Assembly: GCA_944381345.1 (NCBI GenBank)
Contig: CALWKU010000010.1
Location: forward strand, 1-50,044
From: an uncultured Christensenellaceae bacterium
GTDB lineage: Bacteria; Bacillota; Clostridia; Christensenellales; UBA3700
DNA: 50,044 bases
Reading direction: 5' to 3'
Shown: one piece after another, positions 7,893-17,496 of the stretch
Layout: the number at the start of each line of letters is the position of its first letter
How positions within the stretch are numbered: the stretch's first letter is position 1
Translations under genes and position numbers: made by a program
The notes under the pieces: generated by a model
The model's database searches: none
What the model was told of the DNA's origin: nothing
What the model saw: the letters and a program-made list of their open reading frames with translations, nothing else

Positions 7893-9281
7893 TTATTTGT
7901 TGTTTTTGCCCCTCAACATACGCAGGAACGCGGGCATATTGCCGCCGTTCTTATCCTCGGTTTTTGGCTCCGGCGCGCGATCGTACTCGTTAGCGCGCTG
8001 TCTGCCGTATCCGGCGGCGTCGTCGTATCCCCTGCGCTCGTCCAGACCTCTGCGGTCGTCGTAGCGTCCGCCGTCATACTTGCTCTCGGAAGCAAATCTG
8101 TCGAAAGACGGCTGCTGCTTTGCCTGATCGTCCTTGCGCCCGTACAGAGCGTCGACGGCGGCGTTGTTGCGCCTGTTGTACTCGTCGATCACCGGATTGC
8201 TCGCGCCCAGACCGTTGTTGTATTCGCCGGGACGGCGTTCCTCACTCTTGCGGAAGATGTCGTCGAAGTTTTTGCGCTGAGCGCCTTCCTGCGGATCGCG
8301 CATGGGCGCGGGTTTCTCCTCCTCAAGGTCTTGCTGAGTGTCGTCGAAGCCCGTAGCGATCAGAGTTACGACGGCGGTGTTGTTGAGCTTGTTGTCGTAT
8401 CCTATGCCGAAGATAACGTTGCCGTTGGGAGAAATAACGTCTTTGACGCGGCTGACCGCCTCGTTGACCTCGTCTATCGCAAGATCGTCGCCGCCCGCAA
8501 CGTTGATGATGACGTCTGTAGCGCCCGCAATGGTGGTCGCAAGCAGCGGGCTTTGGATCGCGGCGCGGACCGCGTCCATCATCTTGGCTTCGCCCTCGCC
8601 CACCCCCAGACCGATATGGGCAAGCCCCTTGCGCCTCATCGTCGTGCGCACGTCCGCAAAGTCAAGGTTTATCATCGCCGGCACGGCGATCAGATTGCTG
8701 AGACTTTGCACTGCCTGACAAAGCACGTCGTCTGCGCGGTGGAACGCCTCAACGACCGGCGTGCGCGCGGGAAGGACTTCGAGCAGCTTAGCATTGGGAA
8801 CGACGAGGAGCGTGTCCACGTAGTTACGCAATTTGTTGATGCCGTCGATAGCGTTCGCCATACGCTTTTGATGCTCGAACGGGAACGGCTTGGTGACGAC
8901 GGCTATCGTCAAGATATCCATATCTCTCGCCAACTTGGCGATCACGGGCGCAGCGCCCGTACCCGTACCTCCGCCCATACCTGCGGCAATGAACAGCAGG
9001 TCTACGCCCTTGAGCTGTTCGCGCAGCTCCTCGATGGACTCCTCCGCCGCTCTTTGCCCGATCTCGGGCATTGCGCCGGCGCCAAGCCCTCCCGTGAGCT
9101 TCGCGCCTATCTGTATCTTTGTCGGGGCTTTAGAAAGAGTGAGCGCCTGCATATCGGTGTTGACCGCGACGAACTCCGCGCTCTCTATCCCCGCTTCGAT
9201 CATCCTGTTGACGGCGTTGTTGCCGCCTCCGCCCACGCCGATGACCTTGATCCTTGCTGCTCCGGTAACCTGATCGGGCAT
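7893..9281 (-). CDS. ftsZ: cell division protein FtsZ with a long R/D/Y/G-rich C-terminal linker
   Basis: Contains IKVIGVGGGGNNAVNRM and the tubulin signature GGGTGTGAAP. The C-terminal peptide is MPAFLRMLRG. The start is taken at ATG 9281, which has the SD GGAGG 8 nt upstream. The ORF-track extension to 9383 runs into ftsA. Confidence 0.95.
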   Translation of the reverse strand: MPDQVTGAARIKVIGVGGGGNNAVNRMIEAGIESAEFVAVNTDMQALTLSKAPTKIQIGAKLTGGLGAGAMPEIGQRAAEESIEELREQLKGVDLLFIAAGMGGGTGTGAAPVIAKLARDMDILTIAVVTKPFPFEHQKRMANAIDGINKLRNYVDTLLVVPNAKLLEVLPARTPVVEAFHRADDVLCQAVQSLSNLIAVPAMINLDFADVRTTMRRKGLAHIGLGVGEGEAKMMDAVRAAIQSPLLATTIAGATDVIINVAGGDDLAIDEVNEAVSRVKDVISPNGNVIFGIGYDNKLNNTAVVTLIATGFDDTQQDLEEEKPAPMRDPQEGAQRKNFDDIFRKSEERRPGEYNNGLGASNPVIDEYNRRNNAAVDALYGRKDDQAKQQPSFDRFASESKYDGGRYDDRRGLDERRGYDDAAGYGRQRANEYDRAPEPKTEDKNGGNMPAFLRMLRGKNNK

Positions 9282-9286
9282 AAAAT

Positions 9287-10408
9287 TTACCTCCGTATCT
9301 TGTCTAATAGTCTGCCGAGCGGCGAATTGCCGCTCTCCGTCCTGTGCGCCGCGTCGAACGTGCCGAATGCCGAGGATAGCCATGGCTTGGAGTACATCGG
9401 AACGCCCGGGGCGAACATCCGGGGATTTGTATTCGTTGCGCCGCCGATATAGGCAAGCGCGCCTTTGACGGAGGCAAGCCCTCCGCCCGTGACGTATATA
9501 TCGGCGTCCGAACCGTCTTTCAGCGACTTGATTACCGAGATCAGACGATCAAGCCCGCCGCGCACGACGTCGTGTACCGCTGCCGAAGGAAACGACGCTA
9601 CGCCGTCGCCCGTATCGAGCATATATGTCTCGTCGTCGCCGTAGCCGAGGTTTACCTCGTCAAGCAGCCTGACAGACTCGTCGCAGTCGAGTGAAAACGT
9701 CTCCGCCAATTCTCCCGCGATCGTCGCGCAGCCGAACGGCATAGCGCAAAAGCCGTCGAAACCGTCGCCGAGCGCGTATGCGACCGAAGTGGCGGAATAG
9801 CCCGCGTCGACGGCTATCACGCCCCGGGCGCGGACAAAGCGGTCGAGAAGAGACGAACACTCCGCCCAAAATGACGAGACAAAACAGATCTCCCTGAAAC
9901 CGTATTCTCTCACCGCGTCCGATATCGTCGAGCAAAACGCGTTGTCGCACAAGATATATGTGACGTCTGCGTCGAGCGTCTCGGTCTGCTTCCCCACGGG
10001 GTCGACCGCAAAGACGTTCGCGTCAAGTCTGAAACCGCAAGCCGCCGTCGCTATCACGGTGCGGCGTCTGTCCGAACCGTAGATGTTGCCCCTGGCGAAC
10101 AGCTTGTCCACGTCGCCGCGAGTGACCGTCCTCACTCCGTCGAAACGGTAAGGCACGCTGTTGTTGCGGTACTGAAGGAAATCGCACGGAACGCCTACAT
10201 AGAGCGTCTGCGGACGCTTTACGCCCTGCGGCATCACCGACGCGATGTCCTGCGCGAGCGTATCCGGCGACAGCCATTCTCCGTCAAAAAAGCCGCCGTA
10301 GTCGACAGTCGACAGCCTTGAGATCGAATACAGCCCCGAGGACGTCTTTCTGCCCGACAAGAAAACCAGCTTGCCGGAACCGATGTCGAGCACCCAAATT
10401 TCCTTCAT
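9287..10408 (-). CDS. ftsA: FtsA-like actin-family cell division protein
   Basis: Begins MKEIWVLDIGSGK (phosphate-1 motif), contains an internal YVTGGGL (phosphate-2/adenosine-type motif), and ends in an amphipathic helix. It lies immediately upstream of ftsZ. Confidence 0.8.
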   Translation of the reverse strand: MKEIWVLDIGSGKLVFLSGRKTSSGLYSISRLSTVDYGGFFDGEWLSPDTLAQDIASVMPQGVKRPQTLYVGVPCDFLQYRNNSVPYRFDGVRTVTRGDVDKLFARGNIYGSDRRRTVIATAACGFRLDANVFAVDPVGKQTETLDADVTYILCDNAFCSTISDAVREYGFREICFVSSFWAECSSLLDRFVRARGVIAVDAGYSATSVAYALGDGFDGFCAMPFGCATIAGELAETFSLDCDESVRLLDEVNLGYGDDETYMLDTGDGVASFPSAAVHDVVRGGLDRLISVIKSLKDGSDADIYVTGGGLASVKGALAYIGGATNTNPRMFAPGVPMYSKPWLSSAFGTFDAAHRTESGNSPLGRLLDKIRR

Positions 10409-10414
10409 AGTCTT

Positions 10415-10443
10415 ATTATAGAGAAGCGCGGCGGCAATGTCAA
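10415..10443 (-). promoter_or_regulatory. consensus sigma-A promoter directly abutting the ftsA ATG
   Basis: The minus strand reads TTGACA (10443-10438), a 17-nt spacer, then TATAAT (10420-10415). Only 6 nt separate the -10 element from the ATG, and there is no SD. Confidence 0.6.
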
Positions 10444-10470
10444 TAAAATAATTAAATATTTTTAATTAAA

Positions 10471-10490
10471 ATATGCGCATATGCGCATAT
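10471..10490. promoter_or_regulatory. perfect 20-bp palindrome ATATGCGCATATGCGCATAT upstream of the ftsA promoter
   Basis: The sequence is self-complementary over 20 bp and is also two tandem ATATGCGC units. It is flanked by an A/T-rich tract (10444-10470) that resembles an UP element. Confidence 0.5.
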
Positions 10491-10495
10491 GAGAT

Positions 10496-11266
10496 TTATC
10501 CCGCCGGCACAAAGCTCCAGCTTCCGTCAAAGCGTATCGTGCCTTGTACGGACTGTCCGCCCTCCAAGCGGGCGTCGAGCAGCGCGTATGCGGCGACGAA
10601 CATTTCGGAGACGTCCGAATCGAGCGGTATATCCAAATCGCAGCCGCTTTGCGTACTCACGACCACATTGCCCGCGCCCTCGCCCTCCTGTGCCGGGAAA
10701 TAGCGGATATTCGGCGCAAATTCCCCGAGCCTGTCCTCAGTCAGATAGCACTGCTCCGCCCCGTCTATCACCTCTTCGAGCCAGCCCGCTCTTTCCTTGT
10801 TGAGGAAAGCGCCGAGCAGCTCTTCGTCTGTGCCCGAAACGGAATAGCCCTCTACGAGAGAAAGCGAACCGAGTTCGTCCTTATAGGCGAACGAAACTAT
10901 TTTAAGGTCGCGGTCGACGACCGCATAGTGTTCTTCGTCGGCGATCTTGACGGCGACGACGCCGACGCGACGCATTATCTTGATGATCACGCCGCGGGGA
11001 AAGACTCGTTCGATCGTCACCACTCCGAGCGTAGGATAAGCCTTTTCTATCGCGGCGATCGCGGCGCTCTCATCTACGGCGAAGATGCTGCCGCCTCCGC
11101 TTATGCCTGACGCGGCGACGATGCCCGAAACCTGTTCGTCGGTCAGTTCGAGACCTGTCACCGCTTTCACTTCCACGCCGCCGACCGTAAACAGCACGCA
11201 GCAGACCACGACGATCACTGCGACCGCCGCGATTGCGGCAAACATGATGACAAGTCTCTTGTTCAT
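10496..11266 (-). CDS. ftsQ: cell division protein FtsQ/DivIB (POTRA domain)
   Basis: Has a single N-terminal TM helix (LVIMFAAIAAVAVIVVVCCVLF) followed by a POTRA-like region (IEKAYPTLGVVTIERVFPRGVIIKI), in the dcw position between murA and ftsA. The start is at ATG 11266. The ORF-track extension overlaps murA. Confidence 0.8.
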   Translation of the reverse strand: MNKRLVIMFAAIAAVAVIVVVCCVLFTVGGVEVKAVTGLELTDEQVSGIVAASGISGGGSIFAVDESAAIAAIEKAYPTLGVVTIERVFPRGVIIKIMRRVGVVAVKIADEEHYAVVDRDLKIVSFAYKDELGSLSLVEGYSVSGTDEELLGAFLNKERAGWLEEVIDGAEQCYLTEDRLGEFAPNIRYFPAQEGEGAGNVVVSTQSGCDLDIPLDSDVSEMFVAAYALLDARLEGGQSVQGTIRFDGSWSFVPAG

Positions 11267-11268
11267 TT

Positions 11269-12522
11269 CTAACCTTCTCTCGTTATTTTGACTCCGACCG
11301 AGGGCAGGATGACCGAAAGGTCCTCGTATCCCCTGTCGATGTGATGAATCTCGTCTATCTCGCTTCGTCCCTGCGCCGCAGTAGCGGCGAGTACGAGCGA
11401 AGCTCCGCCTCTCAGATCGGTCGCGGTCACACGCGTGCCGTAGAGGCTCTCCACTCCTCTGACGACGGCAGTGTTGCCCGACACGGTGATGTCCGCTCCC
11501 ATCTTGCACAGCTCTACGGCGGAGCGAAAGCGCGTCTCGAAGATGTTCTCTACGATGACAGCCGTGCCGTCCGAAACGGATTGGAGCGCGGTCATCTGAG
11601 CCTGCAGGTCAGTCGGAAAGCCGGGGTAGTACATCGTCTCCGTTTTTGCCACCGCCGGCGGACGTCCCTTGCTTTCGATAGCTATTTTACCATCGCGCGG
11701 GTATATTTTGCAACTGCTTTTGGGCAATTTGGCAAGAAGTGACGAGATATGTTCGGGGCAGACGTTCTCGACGGTCAGTTTGCCGCCGCACATTGCCGCC
11801 CCGATAAGCCACGTTCCTGCGACTATCCTGTCGGGGATCGGCGTATATTCCACTCCGTGCAGTCGCTTCACCCCCTCGACCGTGATCACGCTCCCGCCCG
11901 CGCCCCGCACCTTTGCGCCCATCGCGTTGAGGAAGTTTTGCAGATCGACTATCTCCGGTTCTTTCGCGCAGTTACGCAGCACGCTTATCCCATCGAGAAA
12001 TACGCACGCCATGATCAGATTTTCGGTCGCGCCCACGCTGGGCAGATCAAGAACTATATCTGCGGCGTGCGCATGCGTGCCGTCGCAGTCGATGTGTCCG
12101 TGCCTCTCCCCTATCGTAACGCCGAGTTCTCTGAGCCCGGCAAGATGTATGTCGATCGGGCGCAGCCCTATGTCGCACCCACCCGGATATACTGCCCTCG
12201 CGCGCTTAATGCGCGACAAGAGCGAACCGAGCATGAATACCGACGAGCGCAGTTCTTTTGCCGGATCGCACGCGATCTTGTACGAATGAAGTCCCGAACT
12301 GTCTATCTCTATGCTTGAGTCTCTGCGGGAGACCTTGCAGCCCAGCTTGCGCAATATCTGAAGCATTACGGCAACGTCGCTGATGTCGGGACAGTCGTTC
12401 AATATCACCGTTTCGGGAGTGAGTATGGATGCGGCGAGCAGCGTCAGCACCGAATTTTTGGCGCCCCTGACCGTCAGCGACCCGTAAAGCTCGCGCCCTC
12501 CCTCTATTATGTATTTTGCCAT
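11269..12522 (-). CDS. murA: UDP-N-acetylglucosamine 1-carboxyvinyltransferase
   Basis: Begins MAKYIIEGGRELYGSLTVRGAKNSVL. The active-site loop GCDIGLRPID with the catalytic Cys is present. Confidence 0.95.
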   Translation of the reverse strand: MAKYIIEGGRELYGSLTVRGAKNSVLTLLAASILTPETVILNDCPDISDVAVMLQILRKLGCKVSRRDSSIEIDSSGLHSYKIACDPAKELRSSVFMLGSLLSRIKRARAVYPGGCDIGLRPIDIHLAGLRELGVTIGERHGHIDCDGTHAHAADIVLDLPSVGATENLIMACVFLDGISVLRNCAKEPEIVDLQNFLNAMGAKVRGAGGSVITVEGVKRLHGVEYTPIPDRIVAGTWLIGAAMCGGKLTVENVCPEHISSLLAKLPKSSCKIYPRDGKIAIESKGRPPAVAKTETMYYPGFPTDLQAQMTALQSVSDGTAVIVENIFETRFRSAVELCKMGADITVSGNTAVVRGVESLYGTRVTATDLRGGASLVLAATAAQGRSEIDEIHHIDRGYEDLSVILPSVGVKITREG

Positions 12523-12600
12523 TGTCGTCTCCTGTCGTCCTAAGACGATCGTCTATTACCATAGTATGCCGACCGCGCTCAAACCGCGCGTGGAGACCTT

Positions 12601-13722
12601 TCAACCCGAAGCGGCTTTCAACAACGACATACGCGGCTCTCGCCGGGCAACGGAATCGAGTATCCCGACCGCGCTGCAAAACGTGACGAGCGAACTGCCG
12701 CCGTAACCGAGAAAAGGCATGGGCAGCCCCGTCGGAGGTATGCTTCCGGTGACGACCGCGATGTTGAGCAGCGTCTGTATGGCTATCACGGCAGTTATCC
12801 CCGCCGCGGCGAACGCGCAAAACCTATCGTCCGTTCTCGAAGCGGTGCGGAAGCCGAAGTATATCAGCGCGCAAAACGCCGCGATCACAGCCGAGCAACC
12901 GACAAGCCCCAGTTCCTCGCCTACGACTGCGAATACGAAATCGCTTTCGGCAAACGGCAGAAACAAATACTTTTGACGGCTGTTGAACAGCCCTACTCCG
13001 AACAGTCCGCCCGAGCCGAGCGCATAGTAAGACTGTATAAGCTGATAGCCTTCCGCGAGCGGAGACGCCCAAGGATCGAGAAACGCAAGCAGACGTTTGA
13101 GCCTGTACGGTTCGACTGCTATAAGCAGCGCCGCCGCGGCGACGGCGGGCACGGCGAGCAAGGCGAACCACCTGAACTTCACGCCGCATACAAACAGCAT
13201 GAACAGCGACGCGAGCGCGACAAGCACCGCTATGGACATATTCGGTTCGATGACTATGAGCAGACAGACCGACAGCGCGGCAAACGCGCAGAGCGCGAAC
13301 TTCCCGAAACTTATTTCCTTTTTCGACGACAGCTCAGCCGCGAGAAAGAGTACGAGTGAAAACTTGGCGAGTTCGGACGGCTGAACGGTGACGAATCCGA
13401 GGTCGAGCCAGCGCGTTGCGCCGTACATCTCCGCTCCGAGACCGGGGATAAACAGCGCGGACAAAAGCGCGATCGAGACGACGAGCAGCGCCGGCGATAT
13501 TTTGGCGAGTATGCGCGCGTCGACGTGGGAAAGAAAAAGCATACAAGCCGTCGCCGCTACAAGCGCGAGCGCCTGTTTTTTGAGATAAAAAAATTCGTCG
13601 CCCGTGTGTACGAACGCCCCGTAACTACTCGCGGAATACTGCATCAGCAATCCGAAAAGCGACAGTCCGAGCGCAATGATCACGAGCGGCGCGCATCCGA
13701 ACGGGCGTCTCCTCTCCGTCAT
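12601..13722 (-). CDS. ftsW: SEDS-family peptidoglycan polymerase FtsW/SpoVE
   Basis: A polytopic membrane protein of about 10 TM helices with SEDS motifs (QPSELAKF, PLPFLGYGGSS). The ATG overlaps the murD stop (ATGA). Confidence 0.9.
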   Translation of the reverse strand: MTERRRPFGCAPLVIIALGLSLFGLLMQYSASSYGAFVHTGDEFFYLKKQALALVAATACMLFLSHVDARILAKISPALLVVSIALLSALFIPGLGAEMYGATRWLDLGFVTVQPSELAKFSLVLFLAAELSSKKEISFGKFALCAFAALSVCLLIVIEPNMSIAVLVALASLFMLFVCGVKFRWFALLAVPAVAAAALLIAVEPYRLKRLLAFLDPWASPLAEGYQLIQSYYALGSGGLFGVGLFNSRQKYLFLPFAESDFVFAVVGEELGLVGCSAVIAAFCALIYFGFRTASRTDDRFCAFAAAGITAVIAIQTLLNIAVVTGSIPPTGLPMPFLGYGGSSLVTFCSAVGILDSVARREPRMSLLKAASG

Positions 13723-15080
13723 GCGCAGAATGTCCTCACTATCTGTTCGAAATGTCTGCCTCTCTCCTCGTAATTGCGATAGCTGTCATAGCTCGACGTA
13801 GACGGCGAAAAGAGCAGATTGTCCGTTCCGAACGACAACCCGAGCATGACCGCTCGTTCGAGCGTCGCGGTGCGGTACAATCTTATCGGCGTGTCGGGCG
13901 GCGCGCACTCCAAGATCGCGTCGCTGTTCGCTCCGCAGCAGACGAGATACCGCACTCCCGACGGCAGCCGCGAAAAGAAGTTGTGATAGGACAGTCTCTT
14001 GTCGTATCCGCCGACGACGAGCGCCGTCGTCCCTTTCATTGCCTCGCACGCCTTGATCGTACAGTCGATATTGGTGGACTTGGAATCGTTGAATATCGCC
14101 GTCCCGCCGTATGTACGCAGATATTCGAGCCTGTATTTCGGCGCATGGAACGTAGCGAGCCCCGTCGCTATCGCCTCGTCGCCCACGCCGAACAGTTTGC
14201 AGACGGCGACCGCGGCGAGACTGTCGGACAGATTGTGCGTTCCGACAAGTTTTACTCTGTCAAGCCCGCAGACGACGCGCGCCCCGTCCCCGCCGTCGAA
14301 AACGATGTCCGCGCCGTCTACGTACGCGCCCCTGCATTTGTCCGAGACGGAGAAAAAATATGTGCGCGATCTCACCTTGTCCGCGATCGCCGCGGCTATC
14401 GCGTCGTCGGCGTTGAACACCGCGCATCCGTCCGCGGTCTGACGCTCGAACAGCCTCGCCTTGGTCTTGGCGTATTCGGCAAAGCTGCCGTGTCTTTCGA
14501 GGTGATCCGGCGTGATGTTGAGCAGCACCGCGACGTCGGCGTCTATGCCTCCGCTCTCCAACATAAAGCTGGACACCTCGACGACGGCGACGCCGTACTT
14601 GGGCATGTCCGCCGCTTCGGACGTATAAGGCGCGCCTATGTTGCCGACGGCGCGCGCGTCCGCTCCGGCGATACGCAATATGTGCGTTATCAGCGACACG
14701 GTAGTCGTCTTGCCGTTGGTGCCGCTGACAGCTATTTTCCGCGCGCGGCAGACGATGTCTGCGAGCGCGACTTCGGACACGGACGGCACTCCGCTGTCTT
14801 TGAGATATACGCTGAGCGGATGCGCGGGCGGAAAGGACGGACTGATCACCGCGAAATCGATCCCGTCCGCCGCTTCTCGAGGCGGCATGCCGCTGCGGTC
14901 GTCCTGCCACGGATCGTGTTCGACGTCGTCATAGAGCGCGCAGGATATCCCCGCTCTCCCAAGCATTTTCGCCGCAGAAACGCCGCTCGTCCCCGCGCCG
15001 AGGATGAGCGCCCGCAAATCGCCGTCCGCGCTCAAACCCAATCTTGCCGCAATCTTGATTTTTATATCTTCGCACATCAT
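13719..15080 (-). CDS. murD: UDP-N-acetylmuramoylalanine--D-glutamate ligase
   Basis: Has an N-terminal Rossmann motif GAGTSGVSAA and the Mur-ligase P-loop VSGTNGKTTT. The start at ATG 15080 overlaps the mraY stop (ATGA). Confidence 0.9.
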   Translation of the reverse strand: MMCEDIKIKIAARLGLSADGDLRALILGAGTSGVSAAKMLGRAGISCALYDDVEHDPWQDDRSGMPPREAADGIDFAVISPSFPPAHPLSVYLKDSGVPSVSEVALADIVCRARKIAVSGTNGKTTTVSLITHILRIAGADARAVGNIGAPYTSEAADMPKYGVAVVEVSSFMLESGGIDADVAVLLNITPDHLERHGSFAEYAKTKARLFERQTADGCAVFNADDAIAAAIADKVRSRTYFFSVSDKCRGAYVDGADIVFDGGDGARVVCGLDRVKLVGTHNLSDSLAAVAVCKLFGVGDEAIATGLATFHAPKYRLEYLRTYGGTAIFNDSKSTNIDCTIKACEAMKGTTALVVGGYDKRLSYHNFFSRLPSGVRYLVCCGANSDAILECAPPDTPIRLYRTATLERAVMLGLSFGTDNLLFSPSTSSYDSYRNYEERGRHFEQIVRTFCA

Positions 15081-16057
15081 ACGCCAGCCGCTGCCGAAAA
15101 GAGCGCGATCGTTCCGGCTGCAGCCGTGATTATCGTGTACCATGCGACGATCTTGCTCTCTCCCACGCCTTTATATTCGAGGTGGTGATGAAAGGGCGCC
15201 ATTGCGAACACGCGCCTGCCCCTTGTCTTGAAACTCACCACCTGCACTATTACCGATATGCACGACACGACGTACATTATGCCGACAAGGGGGATCAAAA
15301 AGATATTGTGCGACATCACCGCAACCGCTGCGGCGGCTCCGCCGAGCGCCAGCGAACCCGTATCGCCCATGAATACCTTTGCGGGATGAGAATTGAACCA
15401 CAAGAACGCGACGAGCGCCGCCGACAGCGCGAACGAAAACAACGCGATCTCTCCGTCTCCGCCTCCCGCAGCCTCGGTCATCGCGCAGATGACGCCGAAC
15501 ACCGCGAAATAAACGCTTCCCGTCCCCGCTGCAAGCCCGTCCAATCCGTCCGTAAGGTTGACGGCGTTGACCGTCGCCACATACGCGAGCGCGGCGAGGG
15601 GGATATACCAATATCCGAGGTCTACGGAGATGTCTGTGAAAGGAACGTGCGCAAGCGTGCCGTCCCCCTGTCCCGTCATGCCGTAGGCGACCGCGATCGC
15701 GGCTATACCTGCTTGTCCGATGATCTTTTGGTAGGCTTTGAGTCCGAGATTGCGTTTGAGTACTACCTTGATCGCGTCGTCGAGAAAGCCGAGCAGCCCG
15801 TATCCGAGCATTACCGCGGCGGCGACCCTCGCAGTACGCGACCGCACGAAAGCGAACGTCACTATCGCGGATGCAAGCAAAAACGCTATCCCTCCCATTG
15901 TCGGAGTACCGCTCTTTGCCGCGTGTTTTTCGACATATCCCAGTACCGTCTGTCTCGCCTTGAGCCGCCTCAACAACGGTATCGTCGCGGCGCACAGCAA
16001 CGCCGATAACGCAAACGCCGTCAATGCCGCCGCGAAATATGCCTCGTCGCCGCTCAT
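15077..16057 (-). CDS. mraY: phospho-N-acetylmuramoyl-pentapeptide transferase
   Basis: A polytopic membrane protein with MraY motifs (GTPTMGG, NLTDGLDGLA, FMGDTGSLALGG). An SD (AGGAGGG) is present and the ATG overlaps the murE stop. Confidence 0.95.
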   Translation of the reverse strand: MSGDEAYFAAALTAFALSALLCAATIPLLRRLKARQTVLGYVEKHAAKSGTPTMGGIAFLLASAIVTFAFVRSRTARVAAAVMLGYGLLGFLDDAIKVVLKRNLGLKAYQKIIGQAGIAAIAVAYGMTGQGDGTLAHVPFTDISVDLGYWYIPLAALAYVATVNAVNLTDGLDGLAAGTGSVYFAVFGVICAMTEAAGGGDGEIALFSFALSAALVAFLWFNSHPAKVFMGDTGSLALGGAAAAVAVMSHNIFLIPLVGIMYVVSCISVIVQVVSFKTRGRRVFAMAPFHHHLEYKGVGESKIVAWYTIITAAAGTIALFSAAAGV

Positions 16058-17496
16058 CCCGCCCTCCTTGCGAGCAACGCCAACGCCGCTTTGAGCGTCG
16101 CCGCGTCGCTGTAAGGAGTCTTTACGCCCATTTCGTCAATATAGTTCTCGTCCCCTTTGCCGGCTATCACGACTACGTCGCCGCGCGCCGCCCTCATGAC
16201 CGCAGCACGTATCGCCACCTCCCTGTCGAGTATGACCGAATATCTCGTCTCGGGCGGTATGCCCGCCGTTATGTCGTCCGCGATCGCGCGTCTGTCCTCA
16301 AAGCGCGGATTGTCCGAAGTTACGATCGTCTCGTCAGCGTACTTCGCCGCTATCGCGCCCATTTGCGCGCGTTTGCCCCTGTCGCGATCTCCTCCGCAGC
16401 CGAACACGCAAATGAGATCGCCGTTTGCGGACTGCCGCGCCTCCGCAAGCAGATTTTCCAATCCCTCGGGTGTGTGCGCAAAGTCTATCACATAATCCAC
16501 GCCGCCCTCCGAATAGACGTTGTATCTCCCGGGCGGAGGTGCGATATCTTTCAATGCGTGCTCTATGCCGCAGGCGGACGCGCCGAGCAGACGCGCCGCC
16601 GAACACGCAGCAAGACAATTGCTCACGTTGAATTTGCCAAAAAGCCGTGTGTCGGCATAAATAAGTTCGTCCATTACGTTGACTACAAAGGAAGTGCCGC
16701 GCGGAGTGCGCTCGCAATTGACCGCAAACACGTCTCCGGGAGCGTCAAGTCCGTAACTGACGATGGGGACTTTGCCTTCGGCGATAAGCTCCGCGCCGCA
16801 ATCGTCGTCCGCATTGACGACCGCGCACTTGCAATTGCAAAAACGAAACCAGCTTTTCTTGACGCGCTTGTACACCTCTTCGTCGCCGAAAAAGTCGAGA
16901 TGGTCGCGTCCCAAATTTGTGAACACCGCGACCTCGGCGCGCACGCCGGCAAGCTTGCGGTAATATATCGCGTGCGCAGACAATTCCATCACGACGAACT
17001 CCGCGCCGCGCGCGGCGAAATCGGCGAACAACGCATGAAGCCGAGGCGGATCGGGCGTCGTCATGTCCGTATTCTCCCTCCTGCCGTCAAACTCCGAATA
17101 CATCGTACCGATCAGCGCCGATCTCATCCCGCACCGCGCCAGCAGTTCATGGATGAGATATGCGGTCGTGGACTTGCCGTTTGTCCCTACGACGGTGACG
17201 ATCTTCAATTTACGCGTCGGATCGGCAAAAAAATTCCGCGACGCTATCGCCAGCGCATACCTGACGTCGTCTGCGACCGCAAACGGAACGTCGATATCCG
17301 TCTTTTCGGACAGCAGCAACGCCGCCGCGCCGTTTTCGAGCGCGAGCGCGCATTGCCGCTCCGCCTCTGCGCCGTCGCGCAGACATACGAACAGATCGCC
17401 TCTTTTCACCTGTCCGGGACGAAACGATATCCCCGTGATCTCGGCGTCGCCGAACAAATCGGCGCCCGCCCCTTTCAAAATTTTGCTTAGCAACAT
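16054..17496 (-). CDS. murE: UDP-N-acetylmuramoyl-L-alanyl-D-glutamate--2,6-diaminopimelate ligase
   Basis: Carries the Mur-ligase P-loop VGTNGKSTT and the DNPR motif (TSDNPRFED) associated with meso-DAP specificity. The start is at ATG 17496, preceded by the SD GGAGGG. Confidence 0.9.
   Translation of the reverse strand: MLLSKILKGAGADLFGDAEITGISFRPGQVKRGDLFVCLRDGAEAERQCALALENGAAALLLSEKTDIDVPFAVADDVRYALAIASRNFFADPTRKLKIVTVVGTNGKSTTAYLIHELLARCGMRSALIGTMYSEFDGRRENTDMTTPDPPRLHALFADFAARGAEFVVMELSAHAIYYRKLAGVRAEVAVFTNLGRDHLDFFGDEEVYKRVKKSWFRFCNCKCAVVNADDDCGAELIAEGKVPIVSYGLDAPGDVFAVNCERTPRGTSFVVNVMDELIYADTRLFGKFNVSNCLAACSAARLLGASACGIEHALKDIAPPPGRYNVYSEGGVDYVIDFAHTPEGLENLLAEARQSANGDLICVFGCGGDRDRGKRAQMGAIAAKYADETIVTSDNPRFEDRRAIADDITAGIPPETRYSVILDREVAIRAAVMRAARGDVVVIAGKGDENYIDEMGVKTPYSDAATLKAALALLARRAG

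Noticed and set aside
15077-17496. The absence of murF between murE and mraY, and of murG/murB/murC from the cluster, as an anomaly. The absence of sigG after sigE was considered likewise.
   Set aside because: Bacillus-type dcw clusters also lack murF at this position, and cluster content varies widely among Firmicutes. The missing genes are probably elsewhere in the genome. murA sitting in the cluster is mildly unusual, but it does not indicate a novel system.
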